Shown: one piece after another, positions 1 to 11,359 of the stretch
How positions within the stretch are numbered: position 1 is the first letter of the stretch
How the letters are laid out: each line of letters opens with the position of its first letter
Assembly: GCA_905178155.1 (NCBI GenBank)
Contig: CAJINV010000002.1
Span: 10,828,634 to 10,892,633, forward strand
Source of the DNA: Amoebophrya sp. A120
Lineage: Eukaryota; Protista; Dinoflagellata
DNA length: 64,000 nucleotides
Direction: 5' to 3'
Notes under the pieces: generated by a model
Database searches by the model: none
The model's input: only the letters and a program-made list of their open reading frames with translations
What the model was told of the DNA's origin: nothing
Made by a program: the position numbers and the translations under genes

Positions 1-131
1 TTCCGTTTCGTTGTTTGGGGGCCTTAACCCGCCGACCTGAGTCTGCGACTTCGCAGAAAACGCGGGCCGTGTTTTCCGCAAAGTCGCAGTTTCAGGGCGG
101 CGGGTTAAGGCCCCCAAACAACGAAACGGAA
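1..131. repeat. Long near-perfect palindrome (hairpin), probably truncated by the window edge; possible MITE-like element
   Basis: 1-34 (ttccgtttcgttgtttgggggccttaacccgccg) is the exact reverse complement of 98-131. 35-60 pairs imperfectly with 72-97. Centre is near 66. Confidence 0.85.
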
Positions 132-249
132 ACCAGCCAGGCCCGAGATCGCGGCCCCGGACCGGTGGGGGCGCGGCTGAGGAAATCGGCTCGAGCCCGC
201 GTTCTCGGGCCTTTTTTTAGTCCGATATCGTTGCCCTCGTTCATTTTCG

Positions 250-312
250 GAAATCGCCGGAAGCCACAACGAATTCGATTTTGAGAAATCGCCGGAAGCC
301 ACAACGAATTCG
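250..312. repeat. 28-bp direct repeat, two copies, period 35
   Basis: gaaatcgccggaagccacaacgaattcg at 250-277 and 285-312. Confidence 0.95.
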
Positions 313-1153
313 GTGTTGCTAACACCAAATACAAGCACCATGCCAACAACTTACGCGCCCAAGGAATTAACAGTTGCTCAAGCTGTAAACGACACGAATT
401 AGACACTCGCGGCTTCGATGCGGTGATTACATAGCTTCGTCTTCTCCGCATAAGAAAGCCTGATTTGCATATATGGTAGGAATACTTGTATGACACTTAG
501 GTACTAACACGTCTGCGCCCGTGTCCCCGACAACTCCGGCAACGACCTCCTCTGGCGAACCTCTGCCACAGAGAAAGGCGGCGAAGGAACGTCCGGTACT
601 GCCCCCGGAAATCCAGAAGCTTGCTGACGAGGAGCGCAAGGAGTGGCGTCAGTGGGCGACGGAGCGAGCAGCCGAATTCGTCAAAAATGCAGGCAATAAC
701 TGAGGTGGTTCGGGAATACGACAGGACGCCTGCTACGCCGTGCGAAGTAAGTACCTTGTTTCTATGCATAGTAGCTTAGGAGCTACTACAAAGAAGTAGA
801 AACCCTCTGCCCGCCCATGTTGTGCAAGGTGCATCAAGCAGTCACAGTAAGAACCGAGTCCCTGTTCCTAGAATGAAAACAAGAGATACAAACCATGGTG
901 TTTCATTGCGAGCACGTGAAGCCGGATAGATTTATTTTGCTGCGCACATGAATTCGGACGCTATTGACGCTGCTCATGTGAGTTCAAAACTCAATTTTTT
1001 TTGGCAACGAGCATGGCTGCAACTTTGTTTATGATTTTCGTTTGTGTTTGTCATTTTGCACGTTGCGCAAGCCCGCAGATGAACCACAAACAAGCCTCCG
1101 CTGTTCCCGGTGAAATGACCTTGAATACTGTACCACGAGAATGAGACCAGTCC

Positions 1154-4100
1154 TTGAAGCGAAGCGCAAACGCCGGACGATCGTGCCACAAATGCAGCCA
1201 CTTCGCCCATCTTCGATCAGTAACAAATGGCCTCGGAGCAGCTCTTTCGATCAACAAGAATGTTGTCTTCGGATACTTGAGGGATTTGACGTGGGTGGCA
1301 CGCATGAACTGGAAAAGAAAATATTTCTGGAATGTTGACGTACCCCTCGCAACCGAACCTGAAGCGACAGGCTGTAGAAGTTTTAGGATGGCAGAGAAAT
1401 GAGGAGCTTTTGTTCAGAGAAAAGAAACGGGACTTTTTTTCAGTTACAGTCTCATTCATATTTCGTTCGGTGTGATTAGTATCCGTATCTCCTTGCCAGC
1501 AGACGCAATATTTTGTTTCATAGACCAACCTGTAACATCTGCAAAATGGCAGTAGTCCTCGCAGTCAATGTTCCGATGGGTGCGCCCAGTGCAAACGGAG
1601 TCGAGCCGTTGAAGAAGAAGCACAAGCTGCAGATAAGTGATCCTGACACGGGCGTCTACGCGGCCGTTGAAAAGCTGATCAGGACGCGCAAGCAGCAAGG
1701 GAGCGCCTCCTGGCCCGAATGGTTACCGCAGACTGACGAAGAGTTACGGGAAAAAGGAATTCTGCAGGGATTTCAGTCAAAAAGGATTTTCAATCGCGAA
1801 GACACGAACGGCATCCCCGAAACAACGATGCAGATGCTCATCGACGACGGTAAGGACCTCGAGACCAAGCTGGCTAGTAATGGGATGCGAATTGTGTCCA
1901 TCAATTTGCTGTATCCAATCACCGACGCAGAGCGCGCGGACTACACCCGTTCGCAGATCCTAGGCGCTTCGCAACTTGTCCCGCCGAGCGATCTCAGTTT
2001 TCTGGGCGGTCAGGGAAGCGCAGTGGCTAGCGAAAGCGGCGTCGGGTTGGCAACCGGTGATGGCATGGCGCTCGGGTCTTCCGGCTTTCGCACGGCCCTG
2101 CAGGTGCCAGAAGAGCCGGAAAGTAAGGACGACGACGACGACGCTGGGGGCATCAAAGACTCTTCTCCGCGGAGGCTCTCTTCGGGTTCTCCGCCTGCCC
2201 CGCAGGACGCCAGTCTAGTCGAGGACGCCCCGTCTGGGGTGGACATCTCCCATGTTCTGGCTCCAGAACGTGCGGACGAGGTTGCCACTGCCCACGACGA
2301 AAACGACGTGTCTATGAAAGACGCCGTAGAGCAGGAAAACGACAACGAGCGAAGTGACAACGTCGAAAATAAGAATGACCTTCTTGACGAAGTTTCTCGT
2401 GAAGATGAGGCCGCACCGGAAAAGGTAGACGTGGTGGAGCTCGCTAACGCATCGAAAGATCTCGTCGAGGATAGCAACGAAGCTGGCCAAAGCATCGCTC
2501 GAGATGAATGCGAGGATGGAGCTGAAAGCGCACAACAAGACAATCGTCGTCGCTCGCGCGAGGGCTCTGATGTCGATGCTGAGATGCCAGAGAGAACAGT
2601 CGAGGACGAGGAACACCGCGGTGCCTCGATTCTGAACTGCAGCGAAGCTGCGGACCCGCGAAGCGTCCTAGATACAGAAGTGAAACTGAATAGTGAGCCA
2701 GCTGCTAACGACGACGTTCTGGGAAAGCGCTCTACCCCTACCCCTCTGCTTCCCGCCTCCGCCTCGGTGGTGGAGAAAACCCAAAATGTTCCCGGCATCT
2801 TGAAAACGCAACTGGTGCCCCAAGGGGCTGCGCATGAGAATGCCGGAGCAGCAGCTCCTCCCGGGAGCCTGCTTGCACACGACAATGTAGCGGACGACGA
2901 TATCGATGAAGGCGACGAAGACTTCAACAACGACTCCGTTCTCGACAAAGTCCCCACTCCACTCCAGCGACACTCGCAGCAGTCTGTAGGCGACATAGCT
3001 GGCGAGAAGACGAGCAGTGTGTTCGGTAAGCCTACGACCACCGCTTTACTTCCGGAAACGGAGAGGGACGCGGCAGAAGAAAAAGCAGGCGCGGAAGTAG
3101 AGATGAATATGCAGAAGTCGAACAATAAAAGCTTGTCCGCCCATCACCAGACGGGCGGATCAGGCGGTAAAGTGGCAAACGAGGTCATTGATCTGGCCAG
3201 TGATGGCTCGGACGTCGAAATGCTCGACGCGAATGAAAATAACCACGCGAAAGCCAAGCAGGAGGCCGAGTCTTCCTTCCTCAACCAATCTTTGATTCCG
3301 GAAGCGTTACTGGAAGACGCGGAGCGCGCAAATCAGAAGCGGAAGAAAAAGCCTTCGTCGAACACAGGGACAAAGCAAGCATCATCAAGTACTGCCGTTG
3401 GGACGGTCTTGCTGGACGTGAAAAACAAAAATGTCACGAGCGCGAGCTCGTTCGCTGGCGTTTTGCTGCAACAGAAAGGCGGCTCTTCGTCTTCTTCTTC
3501 GTCCGCAGTGCGGCTCGTGCAGCAGCAGCCGAAGGCGAAAGCGTCGAGAAAGCGCGGCGGGGCAAGCAGTCGGCAGAATAACAATTTGCTTTTGAACGAC
3601 TTGGATTTAGAGGACGAAGTTTTCGGGGAAGACGAGGAGCTTTTCGATGATGAGGAGGAGGTTCTCGACGACAGTAAAAACAAGAAAAAAGCCGGTGGCG
3701 CCGGTGCCTTCTCATCCAAAGCCGCGGCGGCAAAGCCTGCCGCGAAGCAGCGTGGTCGGCCGCGCAAGAAGCAGAAAAACGTCTTGTCGCCTGAAATGGC
3801 CGCGCCGTTGGAGGACGAAGAGGAGCTGTTTGACGACGAGATGGTGGTGGAGATGGATGCGGCCCCGGAAAGTAACGATCTACCCGGACAAAAAGCAAAC
3901 AAGGCTCCTCCGCGCAAGTACCTGTGTCCGGTGGATAAGTGCAAAGACAGCCACGCGACAAAAGTCGGGTACACGAGCCAATTGGGTCTGTGGAAACACG
4001 TGACGGACATGCACCCTAAGTTGTCCGACGAGAAAACGCTGAAGTCGGGGGCCTGCGAGTGGGTGAAGTCCGTCGACGTCACCAAGGGCCCCGCGAAGGA

Positions 4101-5626
4101 CTGTCGGGTCCGCGTGTGCCTGGTTCGGGACGAGAAGAAGAAGGGCGAATACAAGACGAACTGGTACATACGCCTGAAGGACCGCGAAGTGCTGCGGAAC
4201 TGGAGAAGCCACATCAAAAGCGCCGTCGAAGACAGCGACACAAATTTGAAGGCGCAATTGGAGTACAGAGCATTTGTTCTTCCGATCTAGTTTTTTTCCG
4301 ATAGTTACATCTTTGATGGAAATTTATTTGTGCTTCTACATTACCATTAGTACCGAGTTATTTGTTCTGCAGTGCCACTTGCGCAGAGGTCAAATTTTTC
4401 AAAAAACAGGGGCGAGGTGAAGCTCAAACTGGAGAAGGAAGCGAAAATAAAGAAGCAGGAGCTCGAAGCACAGTATCTGGAGGTACTTGAGCGCGAGACC
4501 ATCGAACAGCGCCAGAAGGAGGCTCGCGACCGCATCCGGGAGGACGTCGGGGAAGCTTCCGCTGCAAGAAGTGCGCGCTTCGCCGCGCTTCCCCGGAGGA
4601 CCGCCGCCCAGCTGGCCGAGGACTTTTTGCACTTTTCCGGAACAGCGGGTAACGCCTCCGTGCTGCGCAAGCTCGCGCCGAAAGTGGCGGAAGCGGAAAT
4701 TTCCGGGGCGATGCTGCTGGACTGGGGTCGGGAGAAGCGCAATCTTCTTGACGTAGAGGTAATCAACAAGATGCTGCTGAAAACTCCACAAGAGCGGGAC
4801 GCGGTCCTGGTTGAGTTTTTGAACGTCCCGGAGGCGTCCCTCGTCGCAGAAGACGACACAGAAGCGAATCTGATCAAGCGCTTGCGGGGGGATAAAAAGC
4901 CTCTGGCGCTCCACGGCGGTGCGATGAACAGTCTCGCGCGGGATCACTCCGCGGTTCTGGTTTGCATGGTGGAAAATCGAAATGTGAAAAGTATCAAAGG
5001 CCTCGGCCGCTGCATCGAGAAGAAGGACGCGCGAAACGAAGTTGAGCCCGCACTCGTCGCTGGCCGGGGCGGTGACCCGGTGGCGAACAAGCTGGCGACA
5101 TATCTACTGGTACGTCGTTTTTTGTGCGTTCATTTTTCTGCTGGAGTGAAGATTGCTTGTTGGTGAAGAAAAAGCATGAACATCAATAGATACTTTTATG
5201 CCTACTTCTCGTATCAGATCGCAGTGGAGCTGCTTTGTCTTCGCGAGTCCAAGGAGACAGCGCTCAAGAAAAACGCAGCATCGTAGTTGAAAAAAACGAT
5301 GACAAAATGAAATCTTCTATCAGATGGCCGATCCGAGCATTCCTGGAGAGTCAGCCACTGTTGCGGGGAATATCACGAAAAGTATATCGCGGAAGCACTT
5401 TCTAATCTATTTTGCGAAAGATCCGGACGGTGAGGACGGTCGCTGGTGGCTGCAGGACCACTCAGCATCTGGCACTGCGGTGAACGGCGTACGGATTAAA
5501 CAAACAGCGGACAACGGAAAGCGATACTCACACAAACTCGCTGACGGTGACCTGATTGGGATCGGAAGTGAAGAGAATCTTTACCGCACCAACAAGCACC
5601 TGCTCTTCAAGTTCCGGATCTTGTGA
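1154..5626 (+). CDS. Multi-exon nuclear protein with AT-hook, C2H2 zinc finger, SAM-like domain and C-terminal FHA domain; 5' end uncertain
   Basis: ORF 1513-4290 has KQRGRPRKK (AT-hook) and YLCPVDKC...LWKHVTDMH (C2H2). ORF 4372-5166 has SAM-like LAPKVAEAEISGAMLL...INKMLLKTPQERDAVL. A phase-0 GT-AG intron 5110-5323 joins LVAGR to SISRKH...LQDHSASGTAVNG...LADGDLIGIG (FHA). Probable intron 4263-4388. Upstream exon(s) near 687-746 and 1151-1376 are tentative. Confidence 0.6.
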
Positions 5627-6205
5627 GTTGCTCGAGCCAAGACTTGAGGAAAAAAAACGAGCTACGACCTGTCATCTAGCACTCCATCGAATCGATCACA
5701 TTTACCAACAAAAAAGCGACATCAAATGAAAAGCGTTCCCGTGATTTCGTTCGGTGACCCGCACCGTTTCCCGAATTTAAATCAGACAGGTAAGTTATCA
5801 CACTCGGCATGAGCGCCAAGCAGAATTTCGAAGAGACGACCTCGAAAAAGTGCAACCGTCAACATGCTTGGCTTTTGGCAGTCTGACACTGTCTTATCGT
5901 TCAAATCGCTGAAGATGATGTTCAGTTTCGGCAAATAGTGAGCCGAGTCGCGGTGCGAGGGAATAGAACCGTCTAGTCGAATGCAAAGCGACACAGAGGC
6001 ACTTCAGTTCGAGAGTTTCCCAAGATGAGGTCGCTCACAAGTTCACTTGTAGCTCAAAGGACGTTCATTTCATTTTAGCTGACTTAGGATTTGATCGCCG
6101 TTGTGCGATGTACTAGAATGAAGACAAAGCCATAAGAATGTGCTCTTTATTTGCGTGCGCGGAGAGTTAAAGGCACCGCCAGGAGCGGCGAAGCCCGGAA
6201 ACAAG

Positions 6206-9200
6206 ATGACCGCAGCACAACACACGTCCGATAGTGACTCGGGCGCGCCTTTGTCCTGGCGATCGGCGGCGACTCGAAGCGAGGACGACATATCGGACAT
6301 TTCTGTGGACACGGCAGCAAGCTCCTGGAAAACTCGCGCCCAAGCCGGATTAAAAAAGTTTTACGAAAATAATCACAAGCGACAGCAGGAGTTGAAAAGC
6401 CGTGCAGCCACGGCGTCCACAGGAGGAGCTTTGGACCCCGAAGCACATGAGAGGCCGATCGGGTGTGTCGGTGTAGAAAAGCTAGTGCAGCTAATAGATT
6501 TCGGTGCTGCGTCGGACTTCGTGGGGAGAAGGAGAGCCTCAAGTTTTACCTCGGCCTCGAGTAGCAGTTCCAGCTCTTCTTCTAGTGCAGCTACTTTCCC
6601 AAGATTGAGCAATGCGGAACATGAAGCAGAACGCAATGTACATCACGAGGCTCAGCACCACCAGGACCAACGACCTGGCAGCGCAAATGCACAGACTACT
6701 CAACAGCAGCTCCCTTCTTTTCTGGACTACTTCGATGTGGGCGTCACGGAGTCGATTCTCTCCTACCTGGACATTACGAGCTTGTCCAAGTGCTGCCTAG
6801 TCCACGCGGGCATGTTTTCCGACGTCGCGCGCTGCCACCAAAGTTGGAAGTGGGCCATTCTGCAGAACTATGGGGTCTACTATGAGGATTACGTGGACTC
6901 CGTCTCCCATCTACGCGCGCTAGCCCAGGACCACGTCGGCGACGAGGTTTGGCGCTTGCTGTTTATCTACATCCGGCAGGTTTTGCGGAACGTGAGCTGT
7001 GGCGCGAAGAAGAAAAATCCTGGCTGCGTAGTGCGCGAATTCCCGGGCGTTCTAAGGCCACGAGGAACAACTGCCAGAGGAGGACCTCTAGAGGTCGTGC
7101 CCGATAGCAGCGCAGGTGGTGACGAGGACGAGGAGCGCAATGGGACAACAAGCGCTGCTGAGAAAGTTACAGCGCCCAAAACGAAGAAGAGCAGGAAAAA
7201 CAAGTACCGCGGTAGCATAGAGCTGTCGGACGACGGAAAGTTTGTGTACTGGGAGAACGGCGGGGAGCTGCATCTGATCGACATCGTTTCCGGCACCGTG
7301 CGGAAGCGCATCAACTTGGAAAACCAGACGTTCAAAACCTACTTCCATCGAATCGCCAACTCCGGGAAGCGCTTGTTCGTGTGCCTGAACGACCGGCTAG
7401 TCTATTACGAGTTGGAAAAGCACGAAACCGGGTTCGATTTTGTCGGGGAACGACGAAAATCCGAGGATTCTGCTGGCGAAGACGAACTGGAACGACCGGA
7501 AGCCTTCGACATGCCGACGACCAGCATCGGCGAAGCAGTAGATGCTCTAACGTCCGGCCCAGTGTCGTCCTCTCGCACAACCAGCAAGAGCAGTGCCTCG
7601 TCGCGCTCCCCATCGCTGCCGGACGGGGAATTACTCTCGCTGCGAGGTGGTGGCGCAGCTATTTCCAAAATGGGTGCACCACCTGCAAGTGGGAGTACTA
7701 AACCTGGTTCAAGTTCCTCCTCGTCAACCTCCTTTCTGAACGACAACATGGGACGGCCGCTGGAACTGCTCCTTCACAGGGACCGGCTGGCACTGTTGGA
7801 GTCCCACCGGTGTACCATGTGGGACGTGAATTCTCTGCAGCTGATCGCGCAGATTTTTCCGGTCCGACCGCTCGCGGAGCTGGAGCTCGAGGTTCGCGCG
7901 GACGCCGCACTGCCACACGAAATGCCGCTCGCTTTCGAAATTCAGTGGATCGGCTCCCAGCTGGTCACCTGGGTCCGCGGCGCGTTGGTGCCACTGGAGA
8001 TCTTTTCCGTCGCCACCGGAGCACGGCTCGCGCGGCTGGAGCAGTCCCGGCTGATCCCAGCGAAGTGGCTCCAGGTGGACGTGGCGCGGGTCACGTGGTT
8101 GGACACCGAATCGTTGGACTATTTCCTGATCGGGGCCCTGGACAGCTGCGGGATCGTGTCCCTGTGGGACAGCTACTACCAGCTGCTATGCCGCTTCAAC
8201 GGGTGCAGTGACTTCGGGGCGCTGCAGCCCCTGGACTTGGTGTTGACGCAAGATTTCGTTGCCGTCGTGGACGAGGAACTGTCCGTGCACTTTTACAAAT
8301 GCTGGTTCCACCCCGCAAGGGATCCGAATTGCGCCGATTGCAAGCGCCAGCGCGGCGAACTGCCGGCCACGCACGTGCTACTGCCGAACACGGGCGGCGT
8401 GAATGGGGACGAGAAAGCTGCTGCAGAGGGCGGTAATGATCCTGACCCGAAAGAGGTTCCAGTGACTGTTGAGCCGAAGCTTTGCAGTACAGCCTTGGAC
8501 ATTTTGCAAGAACGCTATATCGATGAACTCGAGTTTGCGTCCGTTCCGGAGGGGGCCCACAAGAATGTAGACGAACAGCAAGCGACGTCGACAGGCGACT
8601 GCAAACCGCCAAGCGAGGTCAACGAGGCAGGCCCCAAGAACGCGTTCTGTCTTCCTCGTGCGAGCGGCACGGAGAACAAACAAGAAATTCTTTTGTCGAG
8701 TTCTTCGTCCTGCTCCGGAAGCACGACCGCGGAGCAGTCTGCTACGGAGGCGGACATGGAACTCAGCGACGTGACGGTGAGCAGCACGACCGCTAGGGAC
8801 GCGCCAGAAGTTGTGTCACGCCCCTGTGTGCTAGAAAGTCAAAACGGCGCGGAACATCAGGAGATGCTATCGGACGTTTTTTCAGCCGTGGAATCCGGTT
8901 TTGGATCTAGTGAAGAATCTGGGAAAGAGCAGCCAGAGGAAAAACGGAACAAGGGTTCTTTCGGGAACGAACCCAGCACAACCACGGAGCAAAAGAAAGC
9001 TCAAACCTCCGAAGACCAGGAGCGAGAGGATGACGCAGCCACGAACCCACCGACCGCTGCGGAGTGCTACTACTTCTGCCTTGCGTGCCGCCAAAAGTTC
9101 GACGACCCGCGGCCCCGCAGCACGATGCGCCTGCTTCCGAGGTCGCTCGCGCAAAGGGCCAGGGACGACCGCGAGGAACAGGAGGAGGACGATGGTTTGT

Positions 9201-11359
9201 TCCCCTGGGCCGAGCCACCCGCTACTTTCGCGAACTGCAGTATGGTGGAGGAGAGAGCCGAGAAAATGCCGGGCCCGTGGAGCAAGAGAGCGCTGGCCGG
9301 CACGTCAACGGCTGCGGTGAGCTCTTACGTGTCTGTAGATGTGCCGGCCGACTGGGCGCAACACATCCGGACACTGAACGGCGCTGAGACGGAAGAAAAG
9401 GAGCGCAAGAAGGCGGCCATCCGGGCAAAAATCGCCGCCAGGGTGCGGAAGAACGCTGCTGCACGTGGCGTGAAGAAGCCACGCGACCGCGATGAAAGGT
9501 GCGGGTTCGGTTACCTGCATCGCGCGTACGACCCGTTGGCTCGAGCTCGCGAACTTTTCGAAGGTGGGGAGGATGGCTTTAGTGAGGACCAACAAGAGTC
9601 CTCGTCTGATTCTAGAGGAGCGTCCCGCTTGCAAAAAGCGAAGATGCTCGCCCCGGCCGAATACCGCCCGCGGCCGTGTGTGTCGAGTCAGCTGACCGCC
9701 GATAGGCGGTACAATGTGCAGAATGTGGAGTTTGAGCGTCCCAATGAGATTTGGGAGAACCAAGCGTGCGCCACCTGCGTGGACCAACCCTGGCGCCAGC
9801 GGAAAGCTTGCACGGAGTGCGACGGGCCAGCGATCAACCCGCCCCGCGTGGATGACTTCAACTGCGGTCCCAGCAGTTCTTTGGAAAATCGTTCGAAGAT
9901 AGCTGCTGCCTTGCCAAAGGACGGAGTTGGTGGAAAGCGGCCTGCAGACCCACATGGGAAAACAACAAGCCGCGCGGAGAGGAGCTCTGGTAGTGCTAGT
10001 GGTGGTTCAGATAACGACGACGACGACGACGACGAGGCGCGCACCCCAGGAGCCCGCAGACCGAAGTGGAAGAACTTGTTGAATGGAACCGTAGGTCCGC
10101 ATGGCGGTCCACGAGGGCCTGGCGCGACCTGGGAGCGGGCCCTGGCCTCTTTCTTGAGCACTGCGGTGGACGAAGCGGCGCGGCGGCCGAACGGCGAAGC
10201 CGGCGGCATCACTTGCAGAACGTGCGGCGCGCAGACAGGGACGGTGTTGAACTTCCTGCCCTGCGGCTGCCACGCGTGCTGCAGCAACTGTGTCGGTCGC
10301 CACCTGCTGCGCGCGCCCCGGAACTGCGAAACCTGTGGCGCCTCGTGGTACGGCTTCGCGATCGAGAATGGCGCCGGCGGCGGGACTGCTTCTTCTTCGG
10401 CGGCGGCTGAAGAATCTGCTCCATCAACTTCTGTTTGCAACGTCGAAACTGGCACGAGCACAACTGAGATGGCACCCTGTGCAACAGAAGCCGGCTCCTC
10501 AACTTCTAGTGCTGCCGCGTCTTCTAGCTCCAGTTGCAGCTCCGCTTCGAGTTCCTCCCCCGTCGAAGGGAACCAAAGCGGCACCACCGGCGCTCCTGAG
10601 GAAAAAAAGGTCGAAACGGGATGCGCAAGTCATGATGGCGTGTCGGTAAACGCAGAAGCCACCGGCACAGAGGTGGACCCCGCAACCGCAATTCCATCCT
10701 CGAGCTCATCTGCAGGAACACCACCGGGAGCAGTTGTAACTCCAACCGTCCCATCACGAGCGCAAGACTGCGACAGTGCACGAAACGACGGAGATGATCC
10801 AGAGGACGATGACACCGATTCGCTGGTTTGCGAAGAGAACCCCAACGGCGTGGATGCGGAGGATCCACTGCTGGCCCCTTGCCGCTGCTGTGGCGGCTAC
10901 TGCGGCCGAACTAGGGCCCGGCACGGCAAGTCCACGCGAAACGCGTACGATGATTCGGAGGAATCGACCCTGGAGGACTTTCTGTGGCCCCACACACGGT
11001 CGAAGAACGTGCGGAAGGTGCACGAGCACTTCGTCCCGGATGTGGATAGCTACTTCGCGGCCTACCGGCGATTTCTCAACATCTGCACCTTCCACAAGAG
11101 TGGGAAGGAGTCCCTCTCAGTGTACTGTACGCAAACCTTGAAGAAACAAGTGTTTTTACTGCCGGCAAAGCACGCGAAGTTTGAGGAGTGGGTGGCCATT
11201 AGGGTTTTAAACTCCGATCTACTCATCTACGACTTCCGGCCGGGCGCGCTCAGTTTTGACCAGTGGCTGCTGAAGAAAATTTCATGCGGGAAAGTGTCTG
11301 AGACGGCCGCGGGCAGACAGCGCCGAAGGCGGCTCTGTACTCGCTTTCCCGCGGCCTAG
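6206..11359 (+). CDS. Large intronless F-box protein with beta-propeller-like segments and a RING finger (putative ubiquitin ligase component)
   Basis: 1739-codon ORF (6140-11359; first ATG 6206). F-box-like VTESILSYLDITSLSKCCLV...WKWAI. Propeller-like strands (LHLIDIVSG, CTMWDVNSLQ, IVSLWDSY). RING CRTC...LPCGCHACCSNC...CETC. Confidence 0.75.
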   Translation: MTAAQHTSDSDSGAPLSWRSAATRSEDDISDISVDTAASSWKTRAQAGLKKFYENNHKRQQELKSRAATASTGGALDPEAHERPIGCVGVEKLVQLIDFGAASDFVGRRRASSFTSASSSSSSSSSSAATFPRLSNAEHEAERNVHHEAQHHQDQRPGSANAQTTQQQLPSFLDYFDVGVTESILSYLDITSLSKCCLVHAGMFSDVARCHQSWKWAILQNYGVYYEDYVDSVSHLRALAQDHVGDEVWRLLFIYIRQVLRNVSCGAKKKNPGCVVREFPGVLRPRGTTARGGPLEVVPDSSAGGDEDEERNGTTSAAEKVTAPKTKKSRKNKYRGSIELSDDGKFVYWENGGELHLIDIVSGTVRKRINLENQTFKTYFHRIANSGKRLFVCLNDRLVYYELEKHETGFDFVGERRKSEDSAGEDELERPEAFDMPTTSIGEAVDALTSGPVSSSRTTSKSSASSRSPSLPDGELLSLRGGGAAISKMGAPPASGSTKPGSSSSSSTSFLNDNMGRPLELLLHRDRLALLESHRCTMWDVNSLQLIAQIFPVRPLAELELEVRADAALPHEMPLAFEIQWIGSQLVTWVRGALVPLEIFSVATGARLARLEQSRLIPAKWLQVDVARVTWLDTESLDYFLIGALDSCGIVSLWDSYYQLLCRFNGCSDFGALQPLDLVLTQDFVAVVDEELSVHFYKCWFHPARDPNCADCKRQRGELPATHVLLPNTGGVNGDEKAAAEGGNDPDPKEVPVTVEPKLCSTALDILQERYIDELEFASVPEGAHKNVDEQQATSTGDCKPPSEVNEAGPKNAFCLPRASGTENKQEILLSSSSSCSGSTTAEQSATEADMELSDVTVSSTTARDAPEVVSRPCVLESQNGAEHQEMLSDVFSAVESGFGSSEESGKEQPEEKRNKGSFGNEPSTTTEQKKAQTSEDQEREDDAATNPPTAAECYYFCLACRQKFDDPRPRSTMRLLPRSLAQRARDDREEQEEDDGLFPWAEPPATFANCSMVEERAEKMPGPWSKRALAGTSTAAVSSYVSVDVPADWAQHIRTLNGAETEEKERKKAAIRAKIAARVRKNAAARGVKKPRDRDERCGFGYLHRAYDPLARARELFEGGEDGFSEDQQESSSDSRGASRLQKAKMLAPAEYRPRPCVSSQLTADRRYNVQNVEFERPNEIWENQACATCVDQPWRQRKACTECDGPAINPPRVDDFNCGPSSSLENRSKIAAALPKDGVGGKRPADPHGKTTSRAERSSGSASGGSDNDDDDDDEARTPGARRPKWKNLLNGTVGPHGGPRGPGATWERALASFLSTAVDEAARRPNGEAGGITCRTCGAQTGTVLNFLPCGCHACCSNCVGRHLLRAPRNCETCGASWYGFAIENGAGGGTASSSAAAEESAPSTSVCNVETGTSTTEMAPCATEAGSSTSSAAASSSSSCSSASSSSPVEGNQSGTTGAPEEKKVETGCASHDGVSVNAEATGTEVDPATAIPSSSSSAGTPPGAVVTPTVPSRAQDCDSARNDGDDPEDDDTDSLVCEENPNGVDAEDPLLAPCRCCGGYCGRTRARHGKSTRNAYDDSEESTLEDFLWPHTRSKNVRKVHEHFVPDVDSYFAAYRRFLNICTFHKSGKESLSVYCTQTLKKQVFLLPAKHAKFEEWVAIRVLNSDLLIYDFRPGALSFDQWLLKKISCGKVSETAAGRQRRRRLCTRFPAA

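Noticed and set aside
250-312. CRISPR-like repeat
   Set aside because: Only two copies with a 7-bp spacer, no cas genes, eukaryotic context.
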